This document shows positions 1 through 28,700 of a DNA stretch of 64,000 nucleotides, piece after piece. This DNA is from Podarcis cretensis. Taxonomy: Eukaryota. The stretch lies in NCBI GenBank assembly GCA_951804945.1, contig OX638156.1, forward strand, positions 40,672,001-40,736,000, given 5' to 3'. Numbering within the stretch: position 1 is the stretch's first letter; the number at the start of each line of letters is the position of its first letter. A program made the translations under genes and the position numbers. Under the pieces are notes generated by a model. The model had not been told where the DNA came from. It worked only from the letters and a program-made list of their open reading frames with translations, and searched no databases.

Positions 1-182
1 ATTATGGAGAATACGATGAAAGACAGCTTATTTATAAAAAGGGCATACTAAGCATATTGGAGAACTTGAAGATGGACAGTTGACTTTGTTGACAAAGGAG
101 TCAACAAGGTGTTAGTTGCATTTTTTTAAAAGAGACACACTGTTGAGCAGGGAAGTCACCAGAGAGACGAATTCCTCATTAC

Positions 183-2473
183 CTCATAATCCATTTCCAG
201 ACAGGCAAACATGGGATTTTCAAACCCCACATCTACTCCAACTACATGGTAAACCAAGGTGTTGGCTTTATGCGCTTCTAATGGGGAAGAAATTGTGAGT
301 CGGGCTGCAGCATCCCTGTTCAGAATGTACACTAGCTTCTGCTTCTCAATGGCACCTATGAAGAGATAGACAGAGAGAACATTAGGAATACAGAAGCAGA
401 AGATGTCTGCACTTTAATGCTTAAGGTGCCCAATCCCTACTCTTGCATAAGCAGGCCTTGCAGCCCTCTCAAGACACAGCAGTTTTCCCCTGCTACTTTC
501 CTGTTGGAAGAACCAGTAGTTGCATTCAGATGTAAGACTAAACCAGTTTAACATTAGAAGTTGAACCACAGCAGGATTGGGTTTCGCACACCCATCCTCT
601 TCTGGACTACAAGAGCCATAACTGCCATTGTCATAGTGCAGCCCCATATAAAGGAAAGGTGGCATTAAGGTAGCTGCATATGATCTTATAACCATGTCAG
701 TGGAGGCTCACCTGAAGACACCTTTTTTCCCATCACAGGATGGTAAACAATTAGAAAACCATGTTCAACATTCAATGTTTTTACAGATCCACTTTAGCTA
801 CTAAGATTTGTATCAAACCCCAAAATTACATTTCAGCTTTAAAAATATGGCATGATGCATGCATAAGAAAATGGGCATTTATGATGAGAACCTGATCAGA
901 ATTGGATCCAAATGTCTCCACGTCTTATGTCAGAGAAGAGACATGAATTCCTAATCATCACTTCAGGGAAGAGAAAACTGTTGCACCAGTTATATGGGGC
1001 TTAAGTGCTTTTCTTCAAACTGACACCCACAGAAGGCTCCACTTACATCCCATTAAGCAAACTTAGCTCTATTTCTAGTTCAGTTTTCAGCAGTCATACA
1101 CATAACCACATCAAGTACCAAATGCGTAGAAGGGAAGTATTTTGAATTATGCTGCATTCCAACAAATTCTTCGTAACATGGAATCACCCTGATGGGCTGA
1201 GAGTAAATCTAGCTGGAGTGGCTAAGAGTATAAACTGGGAAACCCTGGTCTAAATATCAACTCAACCACAAACTCATTTAGATGGCCTAAGGAAACTCAC
1301 AACTTCTCAGTTCCCATTTGCAACACAGATCTAGTTGCACTGGGATCGCCAATAAAAGCACTTTTGATTGGAGCGGTTTCAAAACCTAGACCAAGGATAG
1401 AAAAACCAACCAATGTTTCTTATCCAAATCATTTCTCCCATTCAGTTACTCAACAGTATTATACAGCTACCACTGAAAACAACCATCCCAACTTACTGAT
1501 CATGACAGCTCGCCCCTTAGGATCCACAGCCAAATACTGTCCAGGAACAATTCTGCGACAGCCACTCTTGCCAAAGGTTTCCTGGTGTATCTTCTCAAAC
1601 ACATTTTTTGAGGGCTGATATTCCAAGATAACAATGCGACCTGAATCACTGCCCACCACAATGTAGTCTTTGGTTCCACCAGTTAATCTGAAGGCCATGA
1701 GAGAGCGAATGATTCCAAAGACTTCCACTGTCAGCAAAGTATGAACTTTTCCTGTGTTCGGATCAGGACGAAGCAACTCCAAGATTTTGCCTCGAGAAAC
1801 AACAATTTCTTGTTGTTTGGTACCTAAAAAGAAAAGAAAAACCTGATCATCAGCCAAAGAGGAAGATGGCCAAAGCATCAGCACTTCTCTATCAAACCTC
1901 CCATTGCTGCTTACAAGTTCAAAAGTGCCTTGTAGGTTTGTTTTCCCTACCTGAGTTGTGACCACTTTTTACAGAGAGAACACATAAGTAGTTGTCCTGA
2001 AATTGTGATGCAGACCAGAAATCAGAATGCCAAATCTTGAATCAGAATTGGAGGTCAACAGACAAATTGCTTACTTTTCAAAAGCATATTGCTCTGCTAT
2101 CCATATACATGATATGTGGCCACTTAACCTTGCCCTTCCTTGCCTTTTGATAAGCCAAGGAGAAAAGTGAATGTTGCAAGCCTAACCACTGCCTGATGTC
2201 TGAAGAGGTTCAGAAAACTTAGTTTATTTGGCTCAGAAAAATATGACAAAGTTGAGATCCCATATTCTACAAGAATCCTGAAATAGTATCTCTGCCATTC
2301 TAAACAAAATTGCAGGTATACAACTTCAGCAGAAATACATGCTATGTCTAATATCAGACTTTGCTTTCACCTTTCATCTAAGCTTTCAGTCAGAACTGAG
2401 TACCTGAAAAGTTGCCATGGATGGCATAACTGATCCCCGTGGCTCGCTGCAGAGTTAGGTTATAAAGGAACAT
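183..2473 (-). CDS. SF3B3: Splicing factor 3B subunit 3 (SF3B130), 5' part; gene continues beyond the left edge of the window
   Basis: Coding exons 2473-2404 ([23 protein letters not shown]), 1823-1497 ([27 protein letters not shown]...[11 protein letters not shown]) and 355-183 ([29 protein letters not shown]...[14 protein letters not shown]). Sizes are 70/327/173 nt with GT-AG ends and consistent frame. The peptide matches the SF3B3 N-terminus. Confidence 0.97.
891..967 (-). ncRNA. SNORD111B: C/D box snoRNA of the SNORD111 family (position of SNORD111B) in SF3B3 intron 3
   Basis: Minus strand reads CCTGAA-GTGATGA (C box, 961-955)...TTCATGTCTCTTCT-CTGA (D', 933-930)...CTGA (D, 899-896)-TCAGG, with a terminal stem CCTGA/TCAGG. 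The guide is complementary to the 28S rRNA segment GAAGAGACATGA. SF3B3 is the known SNORD111/111B host. Confidence 0.9.
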
Positions 2474-3230
2474 GGTGCCGATTGATATCACTTCCCCTCA
2501 GTTCACCTGCTGAGAAAAGGAACACCAAGCAGTTAATACACTATGTGTGTATTTATGATACAAGATTTTATGGACTAAAGTCCAGCTCACCAAACAGTTA
2601 TTTTAAAAAGCATTAGACAACTTAAAAGATGTATGGCATGATCAGGGAGAACAATTTTAACAGGCCTTATTTCTGAGTAGACATGCACAGGACTCCACGG
2701 CTGCATAAATCCTGACCACATCCACTTTCGAGTACACGTGCAGTAGGGATGGGCGGAGAGAAATAAGTCTCTTACAAATAAAGAACAGCACCGTCCTCTC
2801 CACGTTGACTCAAACGTAACTGCCACCCCGCTCAACGGGGCTTCCCCCTCCACAATAAACCTGCCTTGGTATTGCAAGTTATGTGGGTTAAAACAATGGA
2901 GGGTCGGGCTTAAACCCTGCACGAAAAACTCCCTCCTGGTTTGCGAAAAAGCAGCGCGCGTCCTACCGCTGCTGCTAGGCGCCCCCTCCCCTCAGTGGAT
3001 AAAGTGAAAATGCGGCCAAAATTGTCCAGAGAAGTGTACAAAGCGCGGCACCCTCACTGCCTGCTTGTCCAGAGCTCTTTCCCGCCCGCACCGGCGTCGC
3101 CCAGCAACGGTCCACTCAAGGGCCTCGGTAACACCGCGCGCGTGGCAGCCTACAAATACGCCATGGCCTCCTCCCGCCGGGGATTAGAGAAGTTGCAGTC
3201 TAATTCTGAAAAGGATCTGGCGGCGTTTAC

Positions 3231-3320
3231 CGCAGGAGCAGCGCGGATGGCGGCGGATCCTGCCGCTGCTTCACTTCCTCCACAGCCCGCAGTCAAGCAC
3301 CGCCATTGCCTCAGCGGCCT
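3231..3320 (-). other. SF3B3: Probable non-coding exon 1 of SF3B3 (5' end approximate)
   Basis: CpG-rich segment ending in the donor GCG|GTAAAC at 3231/3230. The next exon has its acceptor at 2506 or 2509, upstream of the ATG at 2473. Confidence 0.55.
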
Positions 3321-3769
3321 CCCGCGCTCCTTGGGTCCTTCCACGTACGTAGCGCGGAACTGAGCGATTGGGCTGGCCACGGCGTGCCGGAAGCAACCCC
3401 CGCGCGGCTTGGACTGTTCCACTTCACCCGTTTTAGCCTGGAGTTGTTGTTGTTTTGCTCAGGAAATAATCTCACCATTTTATTCTGCAATAGAAACGCC
3501 GCTGTTGGTGGTTGTTTCCCTACCCCCCACCCCGAGACACAGGCAATAGCTTAGGCCCCTATATTAATGTTCCCGGATGTGACGATTTGTCTGCTATAGT
3601 CTATTTTGGGTAGACGTATACACGGACGCCGGAAGCCGAATTCAGTTTTGGACGCTGTGCTTTCCCCACTTTCTAGGAGCTTCACTGTCTTTTCTGTCCA
3701 TTCTCCTGCCAGCCTTTGTCTCCCTGTGCTCCGTTGCCTCGCGAGTTTTATTCCCCGCTTGTATTCTTT

Positions 3770-3917
3770 TAGAAGACATCTGAAGGCAGCCCTGTATCGG
3801 GGAGCTTTTAATGCTTGGTGTTTGACTATGTTTATATATATGCTGCAAGCCGCCCAGAGTGGCTGGGGAAACCCAGCCAGATGGGCGGGGTAAAAATAAT
3901 AAAATTGTTGTTGTTAT
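3770..3917 (+). mobile_element. 3' end of L2-type LINE
   Basis: Encodes FRRHLKAAL, then the stem-loop GCCGCCCAGAGTGGCTGGGGAAACCCAGCCAGATGGGCGGGG and an AATAATAAA/(TTG)n tail. Same family as 25120-25461. Confidence 0.7.
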
Positions 3918-4494
3918 GTTGAAACGCTTGGGCTGAAATGCACTGAGCCGGTGCTGGGTCCTGGTGACCGTGTTAGACCAGGACTTGGGAGGTCTCGGGC
4001 ATGTCCCCGTCTCTCTCGCAGGGGCTTTGTGAGGATAAAGCAACCCCCGTGGAGCACGGAGACTGCGTACAGCGCTTTGGGCCCTTTGGCGGAAAGGCGA
4101 AGAGAGGCAAAGTGAAATGAAGTAAAACATCAAGAGCCAGGGGAGACCGCGGGAGACACGGCTTCAACGCTCCCGCTCAGCCTTGGAAGTCAGAGGCTGC
4201 CCTTAGGCTAATCACTGCCTCTCGGCTTGTAGGCCTACCTCGCAGGGTGGTTGTGAGAATAAAATGGAGGAGAGCCGTAAGCTTCCTGGGCGAAAGAGGG
4301 CGCAGAAATCTAATTAAAGATCAGTAACAAAAGCCGCCATCCCGCGGCTTCTGTGGTCCGTTTACGCTTAGGACCCGGGCGGGGGAGGAGGGTACCATTA
4401 AAAAAAGCGTCCACAGGAGCCCGGAAGCGCCATTTTCTGGCTAATCCAGCGCGACTCTTCAATTTTCTTATCTCTAGAACGACGCGGGGCCAAA

Positions 4495-21568
<17,074 letters not shown>

Positions 21569-21903
21569 CTGTCTTTGCAACAACCTACTCCTGCTAGTGG
21601 AGATCACTGGTGCCCTCTTCTAAGAAGACCTAGCTATGTTCTTAAGACTGGAGGGAAATGCAAGTCCCTTTCCCAGTGGGATCTCTGAAGCTGAAAGAAC
21701 AGCCACCTCAGTATACGTTGGGTAAACTTCAAAACCTTAGTTCCTCCTTCAGAGATTTCTCTCTTGTTTTTCTGCAAGTTGGTACAGCTCGCCTGTTTCT
21801 ACATCTTTATCATAATGCACAAACATTTCTACACAAATTCAAGTTAAATAGCAACTGAAATTGCCAGGCAAATATTGTAAATTTTAGTTAAGTGGGGCTA
21901 AGA

Positions 21904-22234
21904 CAGGGGTCAGCAACCCGCGGCTCCGGAGCCGCATGTGGCTCTTTTACACCTTTGCCGCGGCTCCGGGGCGGATACTAGCGAGGGGAGGAGGCGCATT
22001 GTGCGCCCCGACACTTCCCACTGTGGCGGGCGCTGTACTGGCTGTGACGTCGCATGGGGGCAGTGCGTGTGTTAGTCACGCACTGTCCCGACGTCACCTT
22101 CCCACCCGCTGTCAGATCGCGGCTCCGGAGATATATTTGTTTTAAATGTCGCAATGGTTTTGCGGCTCCCAGTTTTTTTTTCTTTGGGAACGGGTCCAAG
22201 TGGCTCTTTTTGTCTTAAAGGTTGCAGACCCCTG
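21904..22234. mobile_element. Non-autonomous hAT (Charlie-like) DNA transposon/MITE, 331 bp
   Basis: TIRs CAGGGGTCAGCAACC / GGTTGCAGACCCCTG (14/15 match). Perfect 8-bp TSD GGCTAAGA at 21896-21903 and 22235-22242. GCGGCTCC subterminal repeats. Confidence 0.9.
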
Positions 22235-22508
22235 GGCTAAGACCACAGATCAACTAAGTCACAGGAACAAGATGGTGCTTTGGGGGATGTAGACATTCTT
22301 CTATGCCAGTAGGTTCTGCATTCTGTCCTTGGTGTTTCCAGTGAAAAGGCTCTTTAGAAACAGAGACAGTTAAGATGCCTGACTATGACCCTGGATAGCT
22401 GCCTCCAGTCAGAGTCAACAGTGCTGAGCTCCACCAATCAATGGTCTGAATTCATTTAAGATCCCTTAATGTGTTCATCATATGCTGTGCGGAGGGTGGG
22501 TCAATTTA

Positions 22509-22541
22509 AATAAAGGAGAATTACATCAGCAAGGAAATAAA
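22509..22541 (+). terminator. Candidate COG4 polyadenylation signals
   Basis: AATAAA at 22509-22514 and 22536-22541, the first canonical hexamers I found after the COG4 stop. Confidence 0.55.
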
Positions 22542-22784
22542 AAGTTTTTCATTGATTACTTCACATAATTTCCTGAAGAATGCTGTAGATCTGACTGCCA
22601 GGCCCTACTAATTCACAACGAAGTATTGTTTTTCACTTGGGTGGGGCAGCTGCTGTTTTCCCCCCATCTGCAGTGAAGGAGTGCATGAATCTTCCAAAGA
22701 AATACTAAACCAAATTCAGCCACTGAGTCATTTGTCCATAGATCTTGCACAGCTGTAGGACGTGGGCAGGAAACCCTGCAGTGC

Positions 22785-25700
22785 CTATGGTTCCCAATCC
22801 TCCTCCAGAAGCTGTATTTGGAACCCAGCTGTGTCCACCTCCACAGTGTGGATGCTGAAATTCCCCAGGCCCTGAAAGGAAGGCATGCAGGGTGAGTGAA
22901 ATCTTCACTACAAAATATTTAAATCAGAATATTTTGTTCTGCAGCCTGGTGGAACTTCAACACTACAAGGGGGTCGACTGCCACTCCTGACCTGACATCA
23001 GGCCTACATGCCCTAGAAGGTCACAGGCCAGTGCAGAGGCCACTGTTCTCTTTGGCCAGGAGGCTACATTCTAGCTCTGAAAAATTTGGTTTCTACACAC
23101 AGCCACATTCTACACACAGCCACATGTCTCCATCTGACCAAGCAAAGGGGCATCATCACAACAGAAGAGCTCAGCCAAAGCACTCAAAGATTATGCTAAG
23201 CAGTATTGGTGAGAAGTGTAGCCTTGGCAAGGGGTGTGGCCTAACCCTGGCCAGAATCTCAAGGGCCTGTTAGAGAGGCCTGGAGGGCCAAACTCAGCTC
23301 CCAAGTGTGAGGCTCCCCCTCCCTGCAACTACATGGTACCCACCCATCACTGAATTTCTCCTCTCCGAATTTCCTTGGGAGAGGGTGTGCATTAACCTGC
23401 TCCTGGACCCCAAACCTGCTTAAATTTCTGCAGGGGGACACCGATTGATAGGGACTTAGGAGTTGGCTCCACTCACCTCTGTTTCCATCAAGATCCTCTG
23501 CAAGGCCTCTTGGTTCCTGGGCTCTTTAGTTAAGACATAGAGAAAGCCACCTCCTCCAGCGCCAGCCATGCTCTGCCCATAAACATGAGGCTGGAGCACC
23601 TCCATCATGCGCCGGACAGCCAAAGGCTCACACCCAGGGGCCATATTCTTCTTCTGCAGCCAGTAATGATTCATACACTTGCCAAAGAGAGCCAGGTTGC
23701 CTGGGGTGAGAAGGAGGAGTTACAGGACACTCTGGCATTGAACAATTAGCCCATCTTAGAGCAAAGTTGCTAGGTCTCCTTTTCCTGTCAGATACAGCCA
23801 GACAGTGCTCTTGGCTCCAATCACATGGTGTGCATGTCAGCCTTCTTCCTTCTGGGGAAATCTGACACCTGGGCTGGGCTCCCCACCACAGAAGTGGGAA
23901 GATAGTAGCTCTGGCTGCTCTTCCCTGCTGCTTCTCTGCTGCTTTCAATCTAGCAAGAGGAGCGCTACAAGATCCAGCTAGATAGAATTGCTTTCCCCAA
24001 ACCAGTGAGTGCTGGCTGGGGCTGTTGGGGCTTGCCCTCCAGATGTTTTGGGCTACAGCAATTTGGGGAAGGCTAAAGTCCATGATGGGGATGCGGGTAG
24101 CGCTGTGGGTTAAACCACGGAGCCTAGGACTTGCCGATCGGAAGGTCGGCGGTTCGAATCCCCGCGACGGGGTGAGCTCCTGTTGTTCGGTCCCTGCTCC
24201 TGCCCACCTAGCAGTTCGAAAGCACCGCAAAGTGCAAGTAGATAAATAGGGACCGCTCCCCGGCGGGAAGGTAAACGGCGTTTCCGTGTGCTGCTCTGGC
24301 TCGCCAGAAGCGGCTTAGTCACGCTGGCCACGTGACCCGGAAGCTGTCTGCGGTGAGATGAGTGTGCAACCCCAGAGTCAGTCACGACTGGACCTGATGG
24401 TCAGGGGTACCTTTACCTTTACTTTTAAAGTCCATGATGACATCTTAAAAGATGCCCCCCTCCTACTCCCATTGGTTGTTGCCTGGGGTAATTGCTCTGA
24501 AGCACACATACGCACACAACTATCCTAGTAACTCCTGCAAAATGAGAGCCTGTTCAACACAGGAGATGGTTTCTGTGCAAGGTGTTTTGAGCAGAGGCGC
24601 TGTAGCCTCTGCCCTGGGTAATGAGCTGTACAAGATGCCCAATAAACAAACTGCAGTACCTTGCCGAAGGGCCTGGGCACACTCCTCTGCGTTGTTCACC
24701 AGCGCGCTGGCATTCTGCACAATGGTGGGTAGCCGGGCATACCAGTTCCTTAGAACATCCTGAAAGAAAAGGAAGCAATTAAAAACTGTCTCCGTTTCTG
24801 GTGCTCAAGAGTGCTTAGAGGAAGAAAGGCTTAGCAAATTCCTCCTCTACAACCACCCTCCTGCACCTTGGGGAAAGTGCCAGTGTAAAAATACTCTTTT
24901 TAACTTTGTGTTTTAATTGAGAGCCATCCTGGTGTCATTGGTTAGAACACTGGACTAGAACCTGAGAGACCAGGGTTCAAATCCCCACACGACCATGAAG
25001 CTCACTGAGTGACCTTGGGGGCCAGTCAGTGCCTCAGTCTAACCTACTTCACAGGGTTGTTAATGGAGATTAAATTGAGGAGGGAGAGAACCCTGTAGGC
25101 CACCTCAAGCTCCTTGGAGCTTGGCGTCTCCACCCCCATCATTCTGCCCGGACGCTGAGGTCCAGCGCCAAGGGCCTTCTGGCGGTTCCCTCATTGCGAG
25201 AAGCAAAGCTACAGGGAACCAGGCAGAGGGCCTTCTCGGTAGTGGCGCCCGCCCTGTGGAACACCCTTCCAGCAGATGTCAAAGCGATAAACAACTACCT
25301 GACATTCAGAAGACATCTTAAGGCAGCCCTGTTCAGGGAAGTTTTTAACGTGTGATATTTTAGTGTATTTTTGGTTTCTATGGAAGCCGCCCAGAGTGCC
25401 TGGGGAGGCCCAGCCAGATGGGCGGGGTATAAATAATAAATTATTATTATTGTTATTATTATTGGAGGAAAAGGTGGGATATAATTGAAATAAATAATAA
25501 AATAAATTGCATTTTACATGACCCTAGGACCTTAGGGTGAAGGGGGGGGTAATAAAACAATAAGAAAACTATTAATAAGAATGCATGCAACCCTACCAGG
25601 TGAGTCATCCTACCTGTGTAGACCAAAACTCAAGGGTGAAATGCATCATGCCAACAGCACAGGGAGAAAGGTACACCTGTTGTAGGACAGGTACAACTCT

Positions 25701-28700
25701 CTGCTCTAAGGTACGTCAGAGCTATGGACCTCAGGCCACAACTGGCACCTCCAAGCACCTTCCGTACCTGGAGCAGGTTGCGGGCCAGGCGGGTCTTGCC
25801 CGTGTACAGCAGGAGCAGGTGCTCATTCAGGGTGTTTATGAAGCCCTCTGGGACGGTGATTTGCTCCACTTCTACCTTTAGTGGCAGCTGAGGCTTTGAA
25901 CGCCCAATCTTGAGGCCTGGCACCAGCCCACCCACTTGGTCCTGCCACCCTCCACCTGCAAGGAACAAGAACAAGTGTTGAGGAAGAGATCCTGCTTGTT
26001 TACCAGTTGCCAGGTGAATCCCTTGTGGGAGGCAGGAGGGGTCTCTGATCCAATGGAGAGAAGACTTATCTATAGTTGGGAACCCTCTTCCTTTCTGAAG
26101 TAGTAAAATTGCTGATGTGGGAAAGGACAGAAGGACCCTGCTTTGGTTTAATCTGGTTTCAATTATTACACCATGTTTTTATAGTTTAAAAATGTATAAT
26201 CAGACATGATAAAGCATGGGATAGAATTCACATTATTAACATCACTTGAAGTCCTTTTGTTTGTCCAGGCCTGCAGAATGATGATGGCCATTTAATTATT
26301 GTATTTTGCTGTTGGTTTTATCCCGTTCTATGTTGTAAGCTATCCTGGGCACCCTTTGAGTAGGAACCGTGCCATGGAGAGGGGTTAATCAAAAGTGATT
26401 TCCCCCGTCAGATTGAGCACCTGTCAGATTGAGCACCTTTCCATGATGTCTCATCCTCGGCAATATTAGGAAGTACCGGTAGGTGTGAGAAGCAGAATAC
26501 CAAAAATAGATCCTTGCTTCAGCCAATAGAGATACACCCACATAGGTTTATTTGCATGTGAATGCTCTGCCCCAGTGGCAAAGCAGCACTGAATGTAATT
26601 ATCAAAAGAAAAGGACACTGAGAAACGGTAAAGACCCTCCTCCTATGCATCCCATTGCATATCAAAGAGATGCAAATGAGGATCCCCCTGCCTTCAACCT
26701 AGCCCTTCCCTTTGGCCTGAAAGGGCTGCTCTGCCTTCACCCTCACTCTCATGCATCCCACCCACTGCCATTTCCTCTTTGACCTAGAACCCTGTTTGCT
26801 TCTAATCACTTTTGGCCCCTCTCCACCTCTGGGCACAGGTCCAGATCACAACTCTGAAAAGCTGCCTCTGAAAAACTCTTTCATCGCACAAGAATCCTTT
26901 CATCACAAGGCTAGTTTTCCTGTCTTCCTAACAAGTCTGGGTCAGGCTGTTGGTGGGGGCTATGCCTTTTATTATGCACATTCCTTCAGGGCAAAGTCAA
27001 AAACACAGCCAAAGGGCAGAAGCTACTGGACTGGCCCAGTTGCTTGGAAGGCACCAGAATCCAGACTGGCGTAAGACCTGTTTATGTGTTACTCAAGTGG
27101 AGGGCAAAAGTCTGCAAAGCAAGAAGGAGGTCACTGACTTAGCTGCTTGGCAGAAGGGCAGGATATGACATTTTAAAAGGAGCAGCATAGAAGGAATAAA
27201 AACATTCATCCAATGAAACATACAGACATGGGAATCAGACGTGGCCAGAACTGTGGAGAAGAGGGAGCAGTTTTGTGCAAGCAACAGAAACACCCCAAAA
27301 TATTTTCTGGAAGAAAACAGCCAACAGCACCTTTGAAATCACAACAGTCAAATGAACTGGAGAGATTCCAGCCAAGTCTTGATCACAGAATTGTAGAGCT
27401 GGAAGGGACCCACAAGGATAATCTCGTTCAACCCCCTGCAATGCAGGAATCTTTTACCCAACATGGGGCTTGAATACACAGCCCTGAGATTAAGACTGTC
27501 ATGCTGTACCGACTGAGCTACCAAGGCAGATGAAGAAATGCCTTCGAGGCCCTGCTAATGCTATATTTGAGGCTAACTTCAAGAAAAGGAGGGCGAGATG
27601 GCACTGAGTTAGACATCTCCCTTTCTGCAGTTTTTTGGTTTCTTTGGCATGTGCAGCAGAACAAATAAAAGGTCTTACCTGTGGTGAGAACCTGCTCCAA
27701 ATGCAGCACGGCATGGATGAGGGACTCAACACTGGTGGAGTGCCCAGATGCCTGGTATAAAGAAGCCATCACAGCCCCAGCCAGGATGCTGCTGGTGCCT
27801 ATAGGAGAGGGCAAGTGAGCACAACATGGCTAGCGGGGTGTGTGTGTGTGTGGAGGCCTACCAGTTTTTTTCTTTGTCACTGGAGCCCTATGCCACCCTT
27901 TGGATTCCACAGTACCAGACCAGAACCTTGTCATGAGAAGGGCCAGACTAGGTCAGACCAAAGGCCTCCCTAGCCATGTAGATGCCTCTGAGAAGCCCTA
28001 CAACAGCCATCTCCAGCTGTTGCTCCCTGGTAGCTGGTACTAATCAATGGCAGAGTGCCTGGAAACTGGAGGTTCCATACACCTAACATCTCATATTCTA
28101 CTTCTATTTCTGTTCTTCTGCAGCCGAAAGAGCAACAGTGGCAAACAAGAGGGAGGTTTGGAAAACTCAAGGGAAGGAGCACAAGGTCTGCAGAAGTATA
28201 TAAAAACCACAACACACACTAGCTGTAAAGTAACATAACATGATATGTAATAAAACTGTAATTTTAATCATCATATCAAAAAGCACAGTTCCTGATGGCA
28301 ATGCATCATATCTTCTATATATATTGGAATAGTCCAAGGATTGTCAAGTCCAAAGATTACAATGCAGTTCCTGCTGGCAATGTAATGGCATTGCCAACAG
28401 GAACTGCATTGTAATCTTTGGACTTGACAATCCTTGGACTTTACGATACCAATATATATAGAAGATATGTTGCCATCAGGAACTGTGCTTTTTGATATGA
28501 CAATTAAAATTACAGTTTTATTACATATCACGTTATGTTATTTTACAGCTAGTTACGTGGGTGTTGTGTTCAAAAGGTGGTTCACGTAATGAAGCAATAG
28601 TGGTGTTTGTTGAAGTATATAAAAAAGCACTGAAGTTGAATGGAGGAAAGGAAAGAGAGGTGGATGGGGTTCTCATCTCATGCCTTTGGGGCAGGGCAGG

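Noticed and set aside
881-895. Plus-strand ATGATGA...CTGA resembling a second C/D snoRNA
   Set aside because: The boxes are only 4 nt apart and antisense to the host gene; the CTGA is part of the real snoRNA terminal stem.
23628-24385. 200-aa and 91-aa minus-strand ORFs
   Set aside because: They are antisense read-through of a Sauria SINE plus intron sequence.
27455-27527. Functional tRNA-Lys(CTT) gene
   Set aside because: Acceptor, D, anticodon and T stems are disrupted, the B box is degenerate (TATTCAA), and it is fused to a CR1 tail.
28271-28531. 86-aa ORF containing IYIG (GIY-YIG-like) and a CTGATGG hammerhead-like core in the palindrome
   Set aside because: No flanking GIY/CxxC or catalytic residues, and the hammerhead core CUGANGA...GAAA is not met, so a Penelope origin cannot be asserted.
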